This document shows, one piece after another, positions 43,029 to 51,239 of a stretch of DNA of 64,000 nt (positions are counted from its first letter, which is position 1; every line of letters starts with the position of its first letter). The stretch comes from an uncultured Rhodothermales bacterium. Its GTDB lineage: Bacteria > Bacteroidota > Rhodothermia > Rhodothermales > UBA10348. Both the position numbers and the translations under genes were made by a program. The notes beneath the pieces were generated by a model, which was given only the letters and a program-made list of their open reading frames with translations, searched no databases and was not told the DNA's origin. The DNA lies in contig CAYLHF010000017.1 in assembly GCA_964383365.1 (NCBI GenBank), positions 3,506-67,505 on the forward strand, in the 5' to 3' direction.

Positions 43029-43261
43029 AGCCGTAAACCGTTTTCTCTGATCTGATTCAATGTCCGTTCAGAACATACTACCCAGGGTATGACAAAGTAA
43101 TGTCACATGGGTGAAACCACCGATACCTGATGTGCAGTAAAGTCACTTCTGACCGTTATATCAAGAGGGCTATCGGCTCGGAAGTGTAACACGGGAACTG
43201 GTCCGTGCAGATCGGACCGGGTGACGGTTCATGACCGCGACCGGTGAATCAGTGAATACGC

Positions 43262-44398
43262 CTACTCCAGCGCAGTAACGGAGGACGAGACGGAGATGTC
43301 TCTTTCAGAGTATCCTTCCAGAAGTTTGTCCATACATCCGGATGTTTTCCCAACATATTCCGGCGGGTTAATCCCCACGCGGCTGAACGTTCCGTCGAGG
43401 ACCATGCGTGCAACAAGTGTTGCCGTGTATCCGGTCGTCCTGGCCATCGAGTGAATTCCCGTCTGTTCATCGAGATAGTCAAGAAGATCATACGTGTAGC
43501 GTACTTGCTTCCCGTTTACGAATCCGTCGACGATCACTCGCATAACCGTCATGTCGGCCTCTCCGTCAGGGAGTTTCCACTCTTTGAACAGGAGATGGGA
43601 CGTTACATCAATCGGTCGGACCATCGTTCCGTCTATCAGGAGTGGTTTTTCGTCGAAGAAACCCGACTCGCGATATGTTCTCATGAGATTTGCATGACCC
43701 GGATATCGGAGTGTTTTTTCGATCATATCTGGAATATCCATGGTAAAAATAAGCGACCGGAGACCGTCTGAATTGAACGATTCCAACGTGCCGACCGACG
43801 GGAATTCGTGTAGTTCAATATCGGATAACGCTTCTTTCGTTATTACCTGACCGTTTCGAACGAATCGTGCGGGGCGCGTGTATTCTTCAATCACGTCGAT
43901 GGGAGAGAAGACGGCCCGATATTCGTAAGGCCAGGTCCTTACCACCGGTAGCCCACCGACATAACACGTATAGGCAGTGGTCTCGTCTAGAATCGTGGAA
44001 ACATGGCCGGCAAGGATATTACTCAGTCCCGGGGCGACACCACAGTCGACGACAGCGATGACATTGTTTGCCTGCGCGATTTCCTCGAGATCGAGTGCAT
44101 TTTCAGGAAAAAACGAAATGTCGACCACATTACATCCCGATTCAATAATCGTTCGCAGCGTACGGTATCCCATGAATCCCGGTACGGCACAGACAACGAG
44201 ATCGGCCCCTGCAATGGCATTTGTCAGTGCTTTGGAATCGCCGACATCCATCTTTCTGGTTTCGATCTCTTCGGGCAAGGCCGCCAGTGCCTTGCTGTTC
44301 CGGTCGATGGATGTGACCCGGTTGGTATCATCCGATGCAAGATCCAATGCCATGGCACGTCCTACCAGTCCGGCTCCCAGTACTATAATGCTGTTCAT
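43262..44398 (-). CDS. Saccharopine dehydrogenase-like oxidoreductase, paralog 2
   Basis: VLGAGLVG, DCGVAPGLSN, FSPIDVIEEY, FNSDGLRS, TLRYPGH, SMARTTG. Confidence 0.88.
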   Translation of the reverse strand: MNSIIVLGAGLVGRAMALDLASDDTNRVTSIDRNSKALAALPEEIETRKMDVGDSKALTNAIAGADLVVCAVPGFMGYRTLRTIIESGCNVVDISFFPENALDLEEIAQANNVIAVVDCGVAPGLSNILAGHVSTILDETTAYTCYVGGLPVVRTWPYEYRAVFSPIDVIEEYTRPARFVRNGQVITKEALSDIELHEFPSVGTLESFNSDGLRSLIFTMDIPDMIEKTLRYPGHANLMRTYRESGFFDEKPLLIDGTMVRPIDVTSHLLFKEWKLPDGEADMTVMRVIVDGFVNGKQVRYTYDLLDYLDEQTGIHSMARTTGYTATLVARMVLDGTFSRVGINPPEYVGKTSGCMDKLLEGYSERDISVSSSVTALE

Positions 44399-44436
44399 TA
44401 TTCGTGTTTTCGTTGCGATTTCTCGTCAGTTATCGG

Positions 44437-45042
44437 TTAGCTGTGGTGCCAGTTCTCTTCTTCGTCTTCATCACCGGGGGAGAGACCCAGTATGTCTCCT
44501 TCCGTGCTGCAACCGAGACCGAGTACCGTTCGATTCGCGTACGCGAAATAGGCGCTGACCTGATTGACCTCAAGAATCTGGCCGTCGGTCAGTCCTGAGC
44601 TTTTCAGCGCAAGGATGTGTTCTTCTGTGGTGTCTCTGGGAGTGAGGGTCAACACTTTCACATACAAGAGAATAGCTTTTTCCCGGGCAGAAAAAACGAT
44701 ATCAAATTCCTCGGCTCCCAGTGCGTCGTGAATGGCATAGGCGCGGGAGTCATCGTCGAGCAGTCTGCGAAGTCCGTTGAAGTGATGCTCAACGCAGTAG
44801 GCACACCGGTTCAGCATACTGACATATACCCCGATCGTCTCCAGGAGAGATTTATCGAGTGTATTCCCACTGTGATGCAGTACGCCTTTATACAGTTTCA
44901 TGTGACCCTGAAGCGTATGGGGTCTCAGACTGTGGAGGACGAGAATGTTGTCGATATACCCGTTCCGTCCTACGATTCGATCGTATATCGACTTCAGTCG
45001 TCCTTCTGCTTTTTCATACGGGATAGTCCGGATCCAACTCAT
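44437..45042 (-). CDS. Peroxidase-related enzyme, AhpD/CMD family
   Basis: VSMLNRCAYCVEHH, YFAYANR. Confidence 0.85.
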   Translation of the reverse strand: MSWIRTIPYEKAEGRLKSIYDRIVGRNGYIDNILVLHSLRPHTLQGHMKLYKGVLHHSGNTLDKSLLETIGVYVSMLNRCAYCVEHHFNGLRRLLDDDSRAYAIHDALGAEEFDIVFSAREKAILLYVKVLTLTPRDTTEEHILALKSSGLTDGQILEVNQVSAYFAYANRTVLGLGCSTEGDILGLSPGDEDEEENWHHS

Positions 45043-45235
45043 GGCAGCGCTTGTATCGTGTTGTGAGAAGTCAATGTAGTACAGCGACGCATTTTCACGT
45101 GCACATCAGGACATTTTTTTACCCGGAAGGGATCAACGCCAAGGGCTTGTTTCAACGAATTTGTTCGCGAGATAGCAAGAAACAAATCTTAATTATATGT
45201 TTATTATATGTTATAATGATTGGGTATAATAATGT

Positions 45236-46369
45236 GTGATGTATGTGTATTGCTTGTATGTATCAGAATACCCGGCCTGGGCCTTTGAGCGGGTTATTTC
45301 AGGCGCGAAACCGGTCGTAGTAGCGTCAGGTGGACGAGTTGTATCCAGAAATCATACGCAGAGACTTCGCGGCATTCAGATCGGTGATCGGTTGGAACGC
45401 GTTGAGCGCCTGTGCCCGGAGGCAATAATACGCGTGCAAGATGTGCAGGTGGAACAGGCCTGCTGGGAAGAATTGCTGGGCGAGGTCAATGCGGAGACTC
45501 CGTTTATTGACGACGCAGGCCCCCCCTGTGTGTTTTTTTCAGACGTTGCGCCCGAGCGTGTTCGTTTACTTGCGCAGCGGATGAAGGTCCAGATAGGCGC
45601 TGCATGGCATCCTTCGGCCGCTCGGTTGGCCGCCATCCGATCCGCTCCCGGGCATGTTCTTCGTCTCGAGCAGAACCGCTGGATCTCTTTCCTGAATCGA
45701 TTTGAGGTGGGACGCCTCGCAGAACTGGCGTTTTCAGTTGACATGCTCGAACAACTGGCGCTTTTCGGGTACCGAACACTCGGCGGTGTATATCGACTCA
45801 GTGAGCGACAGATCAACGCCCAATTCGGAGAAGATGGGCGCTACCTGTACGACATGCTGCATCCCGATAAAGCCCGTTCGTTGCCGCTCTACGTCCCACC
45901 TCGCGCTGTTGAATGTTGGCTTCCGTTCGAAGATGATGTCGGGGGTGAACCCGGTATGCTCTATCCGGCACTTCTGGATCTTGTCATGCGTGCAACTGAA
46001 CAACTGGGAGGCTACCGGTGTCAGCGTATACGTGTCGGCCTTCAGCTACCGGGAGCACGGCTCCCGGAATGGTCGGGACGTGTTCTCTCTGCGCCCCGGG
46101 GAGTCTCAGGGACGTTGTACCGGCTGGCCGTTCCACTCCTGGATGGTATGCTCAGGTATGGTATGGAAGTCGCTGAACTTGGCGTTCGACTGGATTCGCT
46201 GAGAACACCTTCTGTAGAACAAATGGGGTTGTTTGATGAACGTCCGGTCGTCTTGAAGGCGGTGCGTAACGTGCACCGGCGCTACCCCGGGAGTATCCGA
46301 CGGGCAGTAGTGCGCCCGGATGCACTGTTTGAAGAAGACGAATTGACACTGGAAAGCATCCGGACCTGA
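45236..46369 (+). CDS. ImuB-like catalytically dead Y-family polymerase scaffold
   Basis: Y-family layout without DxDxF/SxDE; GYRTLG helix-hairpin, INAQFG, clamp motif EQMGLF. Confidence 0.75.
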   Translation: MMYVYCLYVSEYPAWAFERVISGAKPVVVASGGRVVSRNHTQRLRGIQIGDRLERVERLCPEAIIRVQDVQVEQACWEELLGEVNAETPFIDDAGPPCVFFSDVAPERVRLLAQRMKVQIGAAWHPSAARLAAIRSAPGHVLRLEQNRWISFLNRFEVGRLAELAFSVDMLEQLALFGYRTLGGVYRLSERQINAQFGEDGRYLYDMLHPDKARSLPLYVPPRAVECWLPFEDDVGGEPGMLYPALLDLVMRATEQLGGYRCQRIRVGLQLPGARLPEWSGRVLSAPRGVSGTLYRLAVPLLDGMLRYGMEVAELGVRLDSLRTPSVEQMGLFDERPVVLKAVRNVHRRYPGSIRRAVVRPDALFEEDELTLESIRT

Positions 46370-46370
46370 A

Positions 46371-46883
46371 CTATTGGATCCGGGATACCGGGGTCAGACG
46401 AATGAAGAGGCCGCTCGGATCACGACCCGTTTCGACGAGAATATCATCGATCGTACGGTGTGTTTCGGCTGATGCCCAGTCTGAGTCGATGAGATTCTGC
46501 CACCCGTCCCCGAAGGCCAGCGTAAAACCTATTTTGAAAAGGATCGATTCAGGAGCGGGTGCGAAAACCCGAATTCCGAGCAATTCATTTCTATCATCTG
46601 CGTAGAGAACCACAGAACCCGATCTGGATTCATCCATGTGGGTACACGAGTAGTGCGATGGATAGCGTTCACGCCCTTCGGCGAGACAGTCAAAATTCCA
46701 CTCCGAGAGCGTCCTGGCAGCAATGGCTGCAGACGCAGGCCACTTGCCGGACGCCTTCTCATTCTTTTCTGGTGATCTACATCCGATGAGACCCGCAGAA
46801 ACGAAAAAACCCATACACAGAACAAGCCCCCCGGTGACCACGGGCCTCAATGTGGACAGCGAAGGGAATACCGATCGAATCAC
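46371..46883 (-). CDS. Hypothetical lipoprotein (170 aa)
   Basis: GTG at 46883 overlaps the peptidase stop (GTGA) with AGAGGA upstream; LIGC lipobox. ORF-track start 47012 is probably over-extended. Confidence 0.6.
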   Translation of the reverse strand: MIRSVFPSLSTLRPVVTGGLVLCMGFFVSAGLIGCRSPEKNEKASGKWPASAAIAARTLSEWNFDCLAEGRERYPSHYSCTHMDESRSGSVVLYADDRNELLGIRVFAPAPESILFKIGFTLAFGDGWQNLIDSDWASAETHRTIDDILVETGRDPSGLFIRLTPVSRIQ

Positions 46884-48277
46884 GGGTGATTCCTCTTGTG
46901 CATGAGTGCCGAAATGTCGGCTGACCAGTATGGAAGGTTTGCACTGAGCACTTCGGCGCCGTCTTCTGACACAAGTATCATGTCTTCGAGATAATAGGTC
47001 TGGCCCTGCCACGAAAACATGGGTTCATACGCGATCACCGTCCGGGGAGCGAACACGTCGACGGCCTCCTCGCCACTCTCGATTCCGACCCCATGAATAT
47101 GCCAGTTGACGGCATTCTCACCGGTGATCATGGCCCTGGCGATGTCATCGAGACCCTCTTTCGCGTGATGACGGGTGTACTCAAGTATAGCTTTTCTGCT
47201 TTCCTCGCGTACTTCGTCTCGGGAGATGCCGGATTGCATTTTTTTGATTCCGGCCAGGTAACCGGTGATGAGTAGATCCCAGACGCCGGCCTGTTCCTTC
47301 GAGAACGTTCCTGAGACAGGAATCGTGCGCCCCACATCGCCACCGTACCCTCTACTACCGCACCCGGTGTCAACGCGGACCAGTTCACCGTCTATCATTT
47401 TTCGATTCATTGACGAGTAATCAAAAAACGACCGAACGAGGTTGTGTATTCCCGTGTTGGGTCCAGACATCATCCACGGCCAGAACGATGGACCTTCCCC
47501 TCCGTTATCGAGACATCCGGAAACGAATCCTGCCTCGGCTTCACGTTGCATAGCGCCGGGCCTGATCCGCTTGATGCCCTCCAGGAGAGCGCTTGCAGTC
47601 AATGCTGCGTTGTGTCTCAGAATCGCCACTTCGGCTTCAGATTTATTCCACCTCATGAGCCTTATGGCGTCCGTGGCCTGCTTGAAGACGGCGATGGGAA
47701 AGGCTGTTCGGAGGCTCTGATGCCAGAGCGTCATATCGCCCGAGACAGCAAGCATATCCGATGGGACACCAACACCCTCCGGACGCCTCGGAGTTTCGAG
47801 GTAGATTGTGTCGACACCGTCCGAGAGTCTGCTTCGGATGAATCCCTGGAAGAACTCCCAGTCCTGGACGGTCGAATACCCAAGCCTTGTGGCCTCGGAC
47901 GGCAGTGGACGAAGGCTCAGGCCCTCGACCGGGACGCCAAATGAACGCGGGTCGGGAGGGACAAAAAGATGCGTCTCCATGGCGACTCCGTCCAGCGCCA
48001 GAATGGCTGCCGGTTGGTGGTCCAGACCAGTGAAGTAGAAAAAACTGGGATCCTGATTCCATCCGGGTTCCTGCATTGATTTACCCGATGTCCGGGCTTT
48101 AAGAAGGAGAATGCCATCGGGAATTTGCTCGAGAATTTTCGCACGTCGGTTCACTAGTTCTGCCTGTGAGACCTGAGCGATTGCTTTGAGTTGTGGTTGC
48201 GCGAAGGCCAGGATGGCGGTCACAAGAAGTGCCGGGCTCCGGTACGGGGCAAGTCGATTCCACGAGCACTGGATCAT
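46880..48277 (-). CDS. Secreted Xaa-Pro aminopeptidase (M24B)
   Basis: Signal peptide; FFYFTG; metal ligands VDTG, GDVGRT, HGVG, YEP, LED. Confidence 0.88.
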   Translation of the reverse strand: MIQCSWNRLAPYRSPALLVTAILAFAQPQLKAIAQVSQAELVNRRAKILEQIPDGILLLKARTSGKSMQEPGWNQDPSFFYFTGLDHQPAAILALDGVAMETHLFVPPDPRSFGVPVEGLSLRPLPSEATRLGYSTVQDWEFFQGFIRSRLSDGVDTIYLETPRRPEGVGVPSDMLAVSGDMTLWHQSLRTAFPIAVFKQATDAIRLMRWNKSEAEVAILRHNAALTASALLEGIKRIRPGAMQREAEAGFVSGCLDNGGEGPSFWPWMMSGPNTGIHNLVRSFFDYSSMNRKMIDGELVRVDTGCGSRGYGGDVGRTIPVSGTFSKEQAGVWDLLITGYLAGIKKMQSGISRDEVREESRKAILEYTRHHAKEGLDDIARAMITGENAVNWHIHGVGIESGEEAVDVFAPRTVIAYEPMFSWQGQTYYLEDMILVSEDGAEVLSANLPYWSADISALMHKRNHP

Positions 48278-48517
48278 TGTTGGTGAGGCGCGAATGAAGA
48301 GGTATACTTTCTTAATCCCTGTGGTCGGGCGATGAGATCCAAAGATACAAAATGTAGCATCCCATGGACCCGCGTTGTCATGAACAGGTACTGTGAACCT
48401 TTACAGAGGTACCATACCTTCTCTCTACGGCATTATTCGACCGAATTGAACCGATGTGGTCATGGAGCCGACTTAGGTGTGACAAGAGAATACATCTGGC
48501 CAACGGCACCGGAGATT

Positions 48518-49081
48518 GTGAAGAGAGGATCCGACATATTGACTGAGATGGCTGTTTTGGGGGCCGTCCGGGGAGAGAGTAAGTCTCTTGAGATTCTGAT
48601 TCGATATTGGCATCCCAGATTATTCGCTCACGCAGTGAAGCTTACTGGAGATCGGGACGGGGCAGAAGATGTCATGCAAGAGGTGTGGATTGCTGTCTCC
48701 AAAGGCATTCGACGACTGAGGGATCCTGTGAAATTCAAGGGATGGATATACCGGATCACGGGTAATAAATCGACGGACTGGATCAGATCAAAACAGGTTC
48801 GACGCTCTGTCAGTCAGCGACTCGAAAAAGAGATATCCAGCGAGGATTTCGTTGAGAGCATCGAGAGGGCGAAAGACGACCCTGTTGCGACGCTGCGGGC
48901 GCGATTGAGTGATCTTCCGGACACACAGCGGATAATTCTGACACTTTTTTACCTGGAAGAACTATCCGTAAAAGAGATTGGTCGTGCCCTCGATATCGCA
49001 GCAGGAACCGTAAAATCCAGGTTATATCACGCTCGAAAAATGCTGAGAGAGGCATTGGAGGAAAACAATGAACTCAACTGA
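48518..49081 (+). CDS. ECF RNA polymerase sigma factor
   Basis: AEDVMQEVWI, FKGWIYRI, LPDTQRIILTLFY, IAAGTVKSRLYHAR; start moved to GTG 48518. Confidence 0.93.
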   Translation: MKRGSDILTEMAVLGAVRGESKSLEILIRYWHPRLFAHAVKLTGDRDGAEDVMQEVWIAVSKGIRRLRDPVKFKGWIYRITGNKSTDWIRSKQVRRSVSQRLEKEISSEDFVESIERAKDDPVATLRARLSDLPDTQRIILTLFYLEELSVKEIGRALDIAAGTVKSRLYHARKMLREALEENNELN

Positions 49082-49454
49082 AAAAAACATTGACCAGCTG
49101 ATCCGCGAAGCGCTCAGCGAAGATGAATCGAGGTCATACGAAGAACTGGGTGAACAGTCAGTCATTTCTATGGCGCTCGGCATATTTTCCGGACGAAATC
49201 GGTACCTGATGATACTGATGGGAATTATTACCGTGATCTTTTTCGCGGCCGGTGTCTACTCCGGTATCAAGGCCTACAACGCGATCCAGACGAATGAACT
49301 GATCCGCTGGACGGCGGCGTTCTTTTTCTTCATGATGGGTGTCATGGGTCTCAAGATCTGGTCGTGGATGGAGATGGAAAAGAACGCGACGATCAGGGAA
49401 CTCAAGCGGGTCGAATTGCAGATCGTGAATCTCGCGAACCGGTTGCATTCCTGA
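49068..49454 (+). CDS. DUF6768-like two-TM protein, putative anti-sigma factor
   Basis: Overlaps the sigma stop; IDQLIREAL, two TM, KIWSWMEMEKNATIRELKRVELQ. Confidence 0.7.
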   Translation: MNSTEKNIDQLIREALSEDESRSYEELGEQSVISMALGIFSGRNRYLMILMGIITVIFFAAGVYSGIKAYNAIQTNELIRWTAAFFFFMMGVMGLKIWSWMEMEKNATIRELKRVELQIVNLANRLHS

Positions 49455-49505
49455 CGTAAGAGCGGTGCCTGGAGGGGAAATGCCCTGTTTGGTAATTCAG
49501 GCAAT

Positions 49506-49538
49506 GGCGCGTCGCAGAGCATCTGCGACGCGCCAAAA
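49506..49538 (-). terminator. Intrinsic terminator, possibly bidirectional
   Basis: Perfect 13-bp stem GGCGCGTCGCAGA-gca-TCTGCGACGCGCC between convergent genes; adjacent AAAA on the + strand. Confidence 0.75.
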
Positions 49539-49545
49539 CGCTTCG

Positions 49546-49911
49546 CTAATGGGCTGACTGATCCTTCTGGATCAACCCGAGAGCATTTCCCTCTGGATCG
49601 GTTACGATGGCAAATGTTAATTCTCCGGCATCTGTGGGTCCGAGTCGTACCGTCCCACCGAGATTCTCTGCCCGTTGGACAGAAACCGAGAGATCGTCGA
49701 CCTGCACGTAGAAGACTACCTCCGGTTTTCCCCCTGGTTCATGCCTGATACCGCCACCAATTGCGCCGGCTGTTTTTTCGGCAAGAAAACCATATTGCAT
49801 GTCTCCTTCTCCCCGGTGATCGATTACCCAACCGAAGAGGTCCGAATAGAATGATTCCAGGGCAGGACCATCCTGACCGGCAACCTCGATATGAATAATC
49901 GGGTCTCCCAT
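49546..49911 (-). CDS. VOC/glyoxalase family protein
   Basis: IHIEV, FYSDLFGW, IGGGI, FYVQVDDL, AENLGG, DPEGNALGL. Confidence 0.9.
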   Translation of the reverse strand: MGDPIIHIEVAGQDGPALESFYSDLFGWVIDHRGEGDMQYGFLAEKTAGAIGGGIRHEPGGKPEVVFYVQVDDLSVSVQRAENLGGTVRLGPTDAGELTFAIVTDPEGNALGLIQKDQSAH

Positions 49912-49935
49912 GATGTAGAGAATTTCAAGTGATGA

Positions 49936-50487
49936 TCACGGCCAGAGCCATCCAAAAACGCCCCCGGTAAGGAGAGCATACAGAAGGGCATCAACGGTAT
50001 TTTTTGCGACCTGAGACCAGGGCATCCCAAACCAGATGGCAGCCGCCGGAGTACTCAAGGCATATGCGACGAATGCGGTTGCCGATGTAAATCGAAAAAC
50101 CACCATATAATCGGCTCCAGCCGAGAGCGACAGCCCCGCGAGATAGGAGACAAATATGCCCACGACAATATAATAGACGAATGTCAGCGTGAGCTGCTTC
50201 CCCATGGTGGGTGAACCGCTCGGAACGATATTGATAAACCCGACCGGGCCATCGACATACTTCGCTACATTTTCAGGTTCTTTCATCTGGGCCGGGTTTT
50301 CGACGTGCGGAACGACATAAGCGCCGGGAGCAATACCCGAGAGTGCCGTTCGGAGGGCATCCTCATCGGGTGTCTTCGCGAAGTCTGACTTATGGTGGGG
50401 TAACACCATCCAGACGACAGAGCTGGCAATAAAAACGAAGACAGCAGCGACGAGAATCGGCATCCACAGCGAGAAGATTGTTATCAT
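49936..50487 (-). CDS. Hypothetical membrane protein (about 4-5 TM)
   Basis: Hydrophobic segments, LPHHKSDF, AIWFGMPW, C-terminal FGWLWP. Confidence 0.8.
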   Translation of the reverse strand: MITIFSLWMPILVAAVFVFIASSVVWMVLPHHKSDFAKTPDEDALRTALSGIAPGAYVVPHVENPAQMKEPENVAKYVDGPVGFINIVPSGSPTMGKQLTLTFVYYIVVGIFVSYLAGLSLSAGADYMVVFRFTSATAFVAYALSTPAAAIWFGMPWSQVAKNTVDALLYALLTGGVFGWLWP

Positions 50488-50597
50488 GGCGGGCCTCCAC
50501 GTGTTAACTGTGCGAAATCCTAACGCGTGAACCTACACGATTATCGTTGCAATAACCAGTATCGTTGTCTCTCGTAGAAAAAAGGCCTCCCGGTCGC

Positions 50598-51197
50598 CTA
50601 ACCGGATATGGTTACCGGCCAGTCAAAATCGACCTCGCGATCATCGGCGCGAACCGTACCGTTTTTTACAACATTGGTGTAATGATTCAGTTCGACTCGA
50701 ATCGTTCCGGCCCCGGACGCACCTGGCGCGACATCGACTGTAAAGGTAATTCCGATCGGAAGACCGTTGGGATCTGTATCTGCATATTCTATTGTGACCG
50801 ATGCTGAAATGGCGTCGTTCGGTGTGTAAAAAATCTGGTGCACATTGGCTTCATCCGTTGCGATTTCTTCGGTTACTTCGAGCGTGTTCGGATCATCGAA
50901 TAACCGGATGGTTCCGTCATACGTGGTACCCGCTGCAAGCGTTATCGTATCGATGTCAAGGCTTGAGCTTTGAATGAGAGCGTCGCTACTGGTGGCCGTA
51001 AACGTCTGTGTCGCCGAAGACCCGGTCCGTGGAGTCAAAGAGATCTGAAGGCGCGTAACCAGTTCCTGCTGGATAGGTCGTTCCGCGTCAGGTTCCGTGG
51101 AATCGCAGCCGGTGAATAGAAGCAAAGCGGCGAATAGTCCTAGAGCGAAGGTACTACCGTACTCGAGCGAATAGATAGTCGGTCTGGTGATGATCAT
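50598..51197 (-). CDS. Lipoprotein partner of the TonB-dependent receptor (beta-rich, putative metal binding)
   Basis: FTGC lipobox; ELVTRLQISLTP, EANVHQIFY, DPNGLPIG, LNHY, DVDFDWPV-like end; start ATG 51197. Confidence 0.8.
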   Translation of the reverse strand: MIITRPTIYSLEYGSTFALGLFAALLLFTGCDSTEPDAERPIQQELVTRLQISLTPRTGSSATQTFTATSSDALIQSSSLDIDTITLAAGTTYDGTIRLFDDPNTLEVTEEIATDEANVHQIFYTPNDAISASVTIEYADTDPNGLPIGITFTVDVAPGASGAGTIRVELNHYTNVVKNGTVRADDREVDFDWPVTISG

Positions 51198-51239
51198 GAG
51201 ATTGGTTATGTTCGTTACTTTTGGAAAAGGTGAATCCAC

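Noticed and set aside
43195-43250. Structured ncRNA in the 43029-43261 gap
   Set aside because: Two small hairpins (GGTCCG-N7-CGGACC; CGGT-N5-ACCG) just past a stop codon are better explained as terminator elements; no 6S, RNase P or tmRNA hallmarks recognised
46884-47012. 130-bp overlap between the peptidase and the downstream ORF
   Set aside because: Artefact of an upstream start call; a GTGA-coupled start with RBS at 46883 removes it
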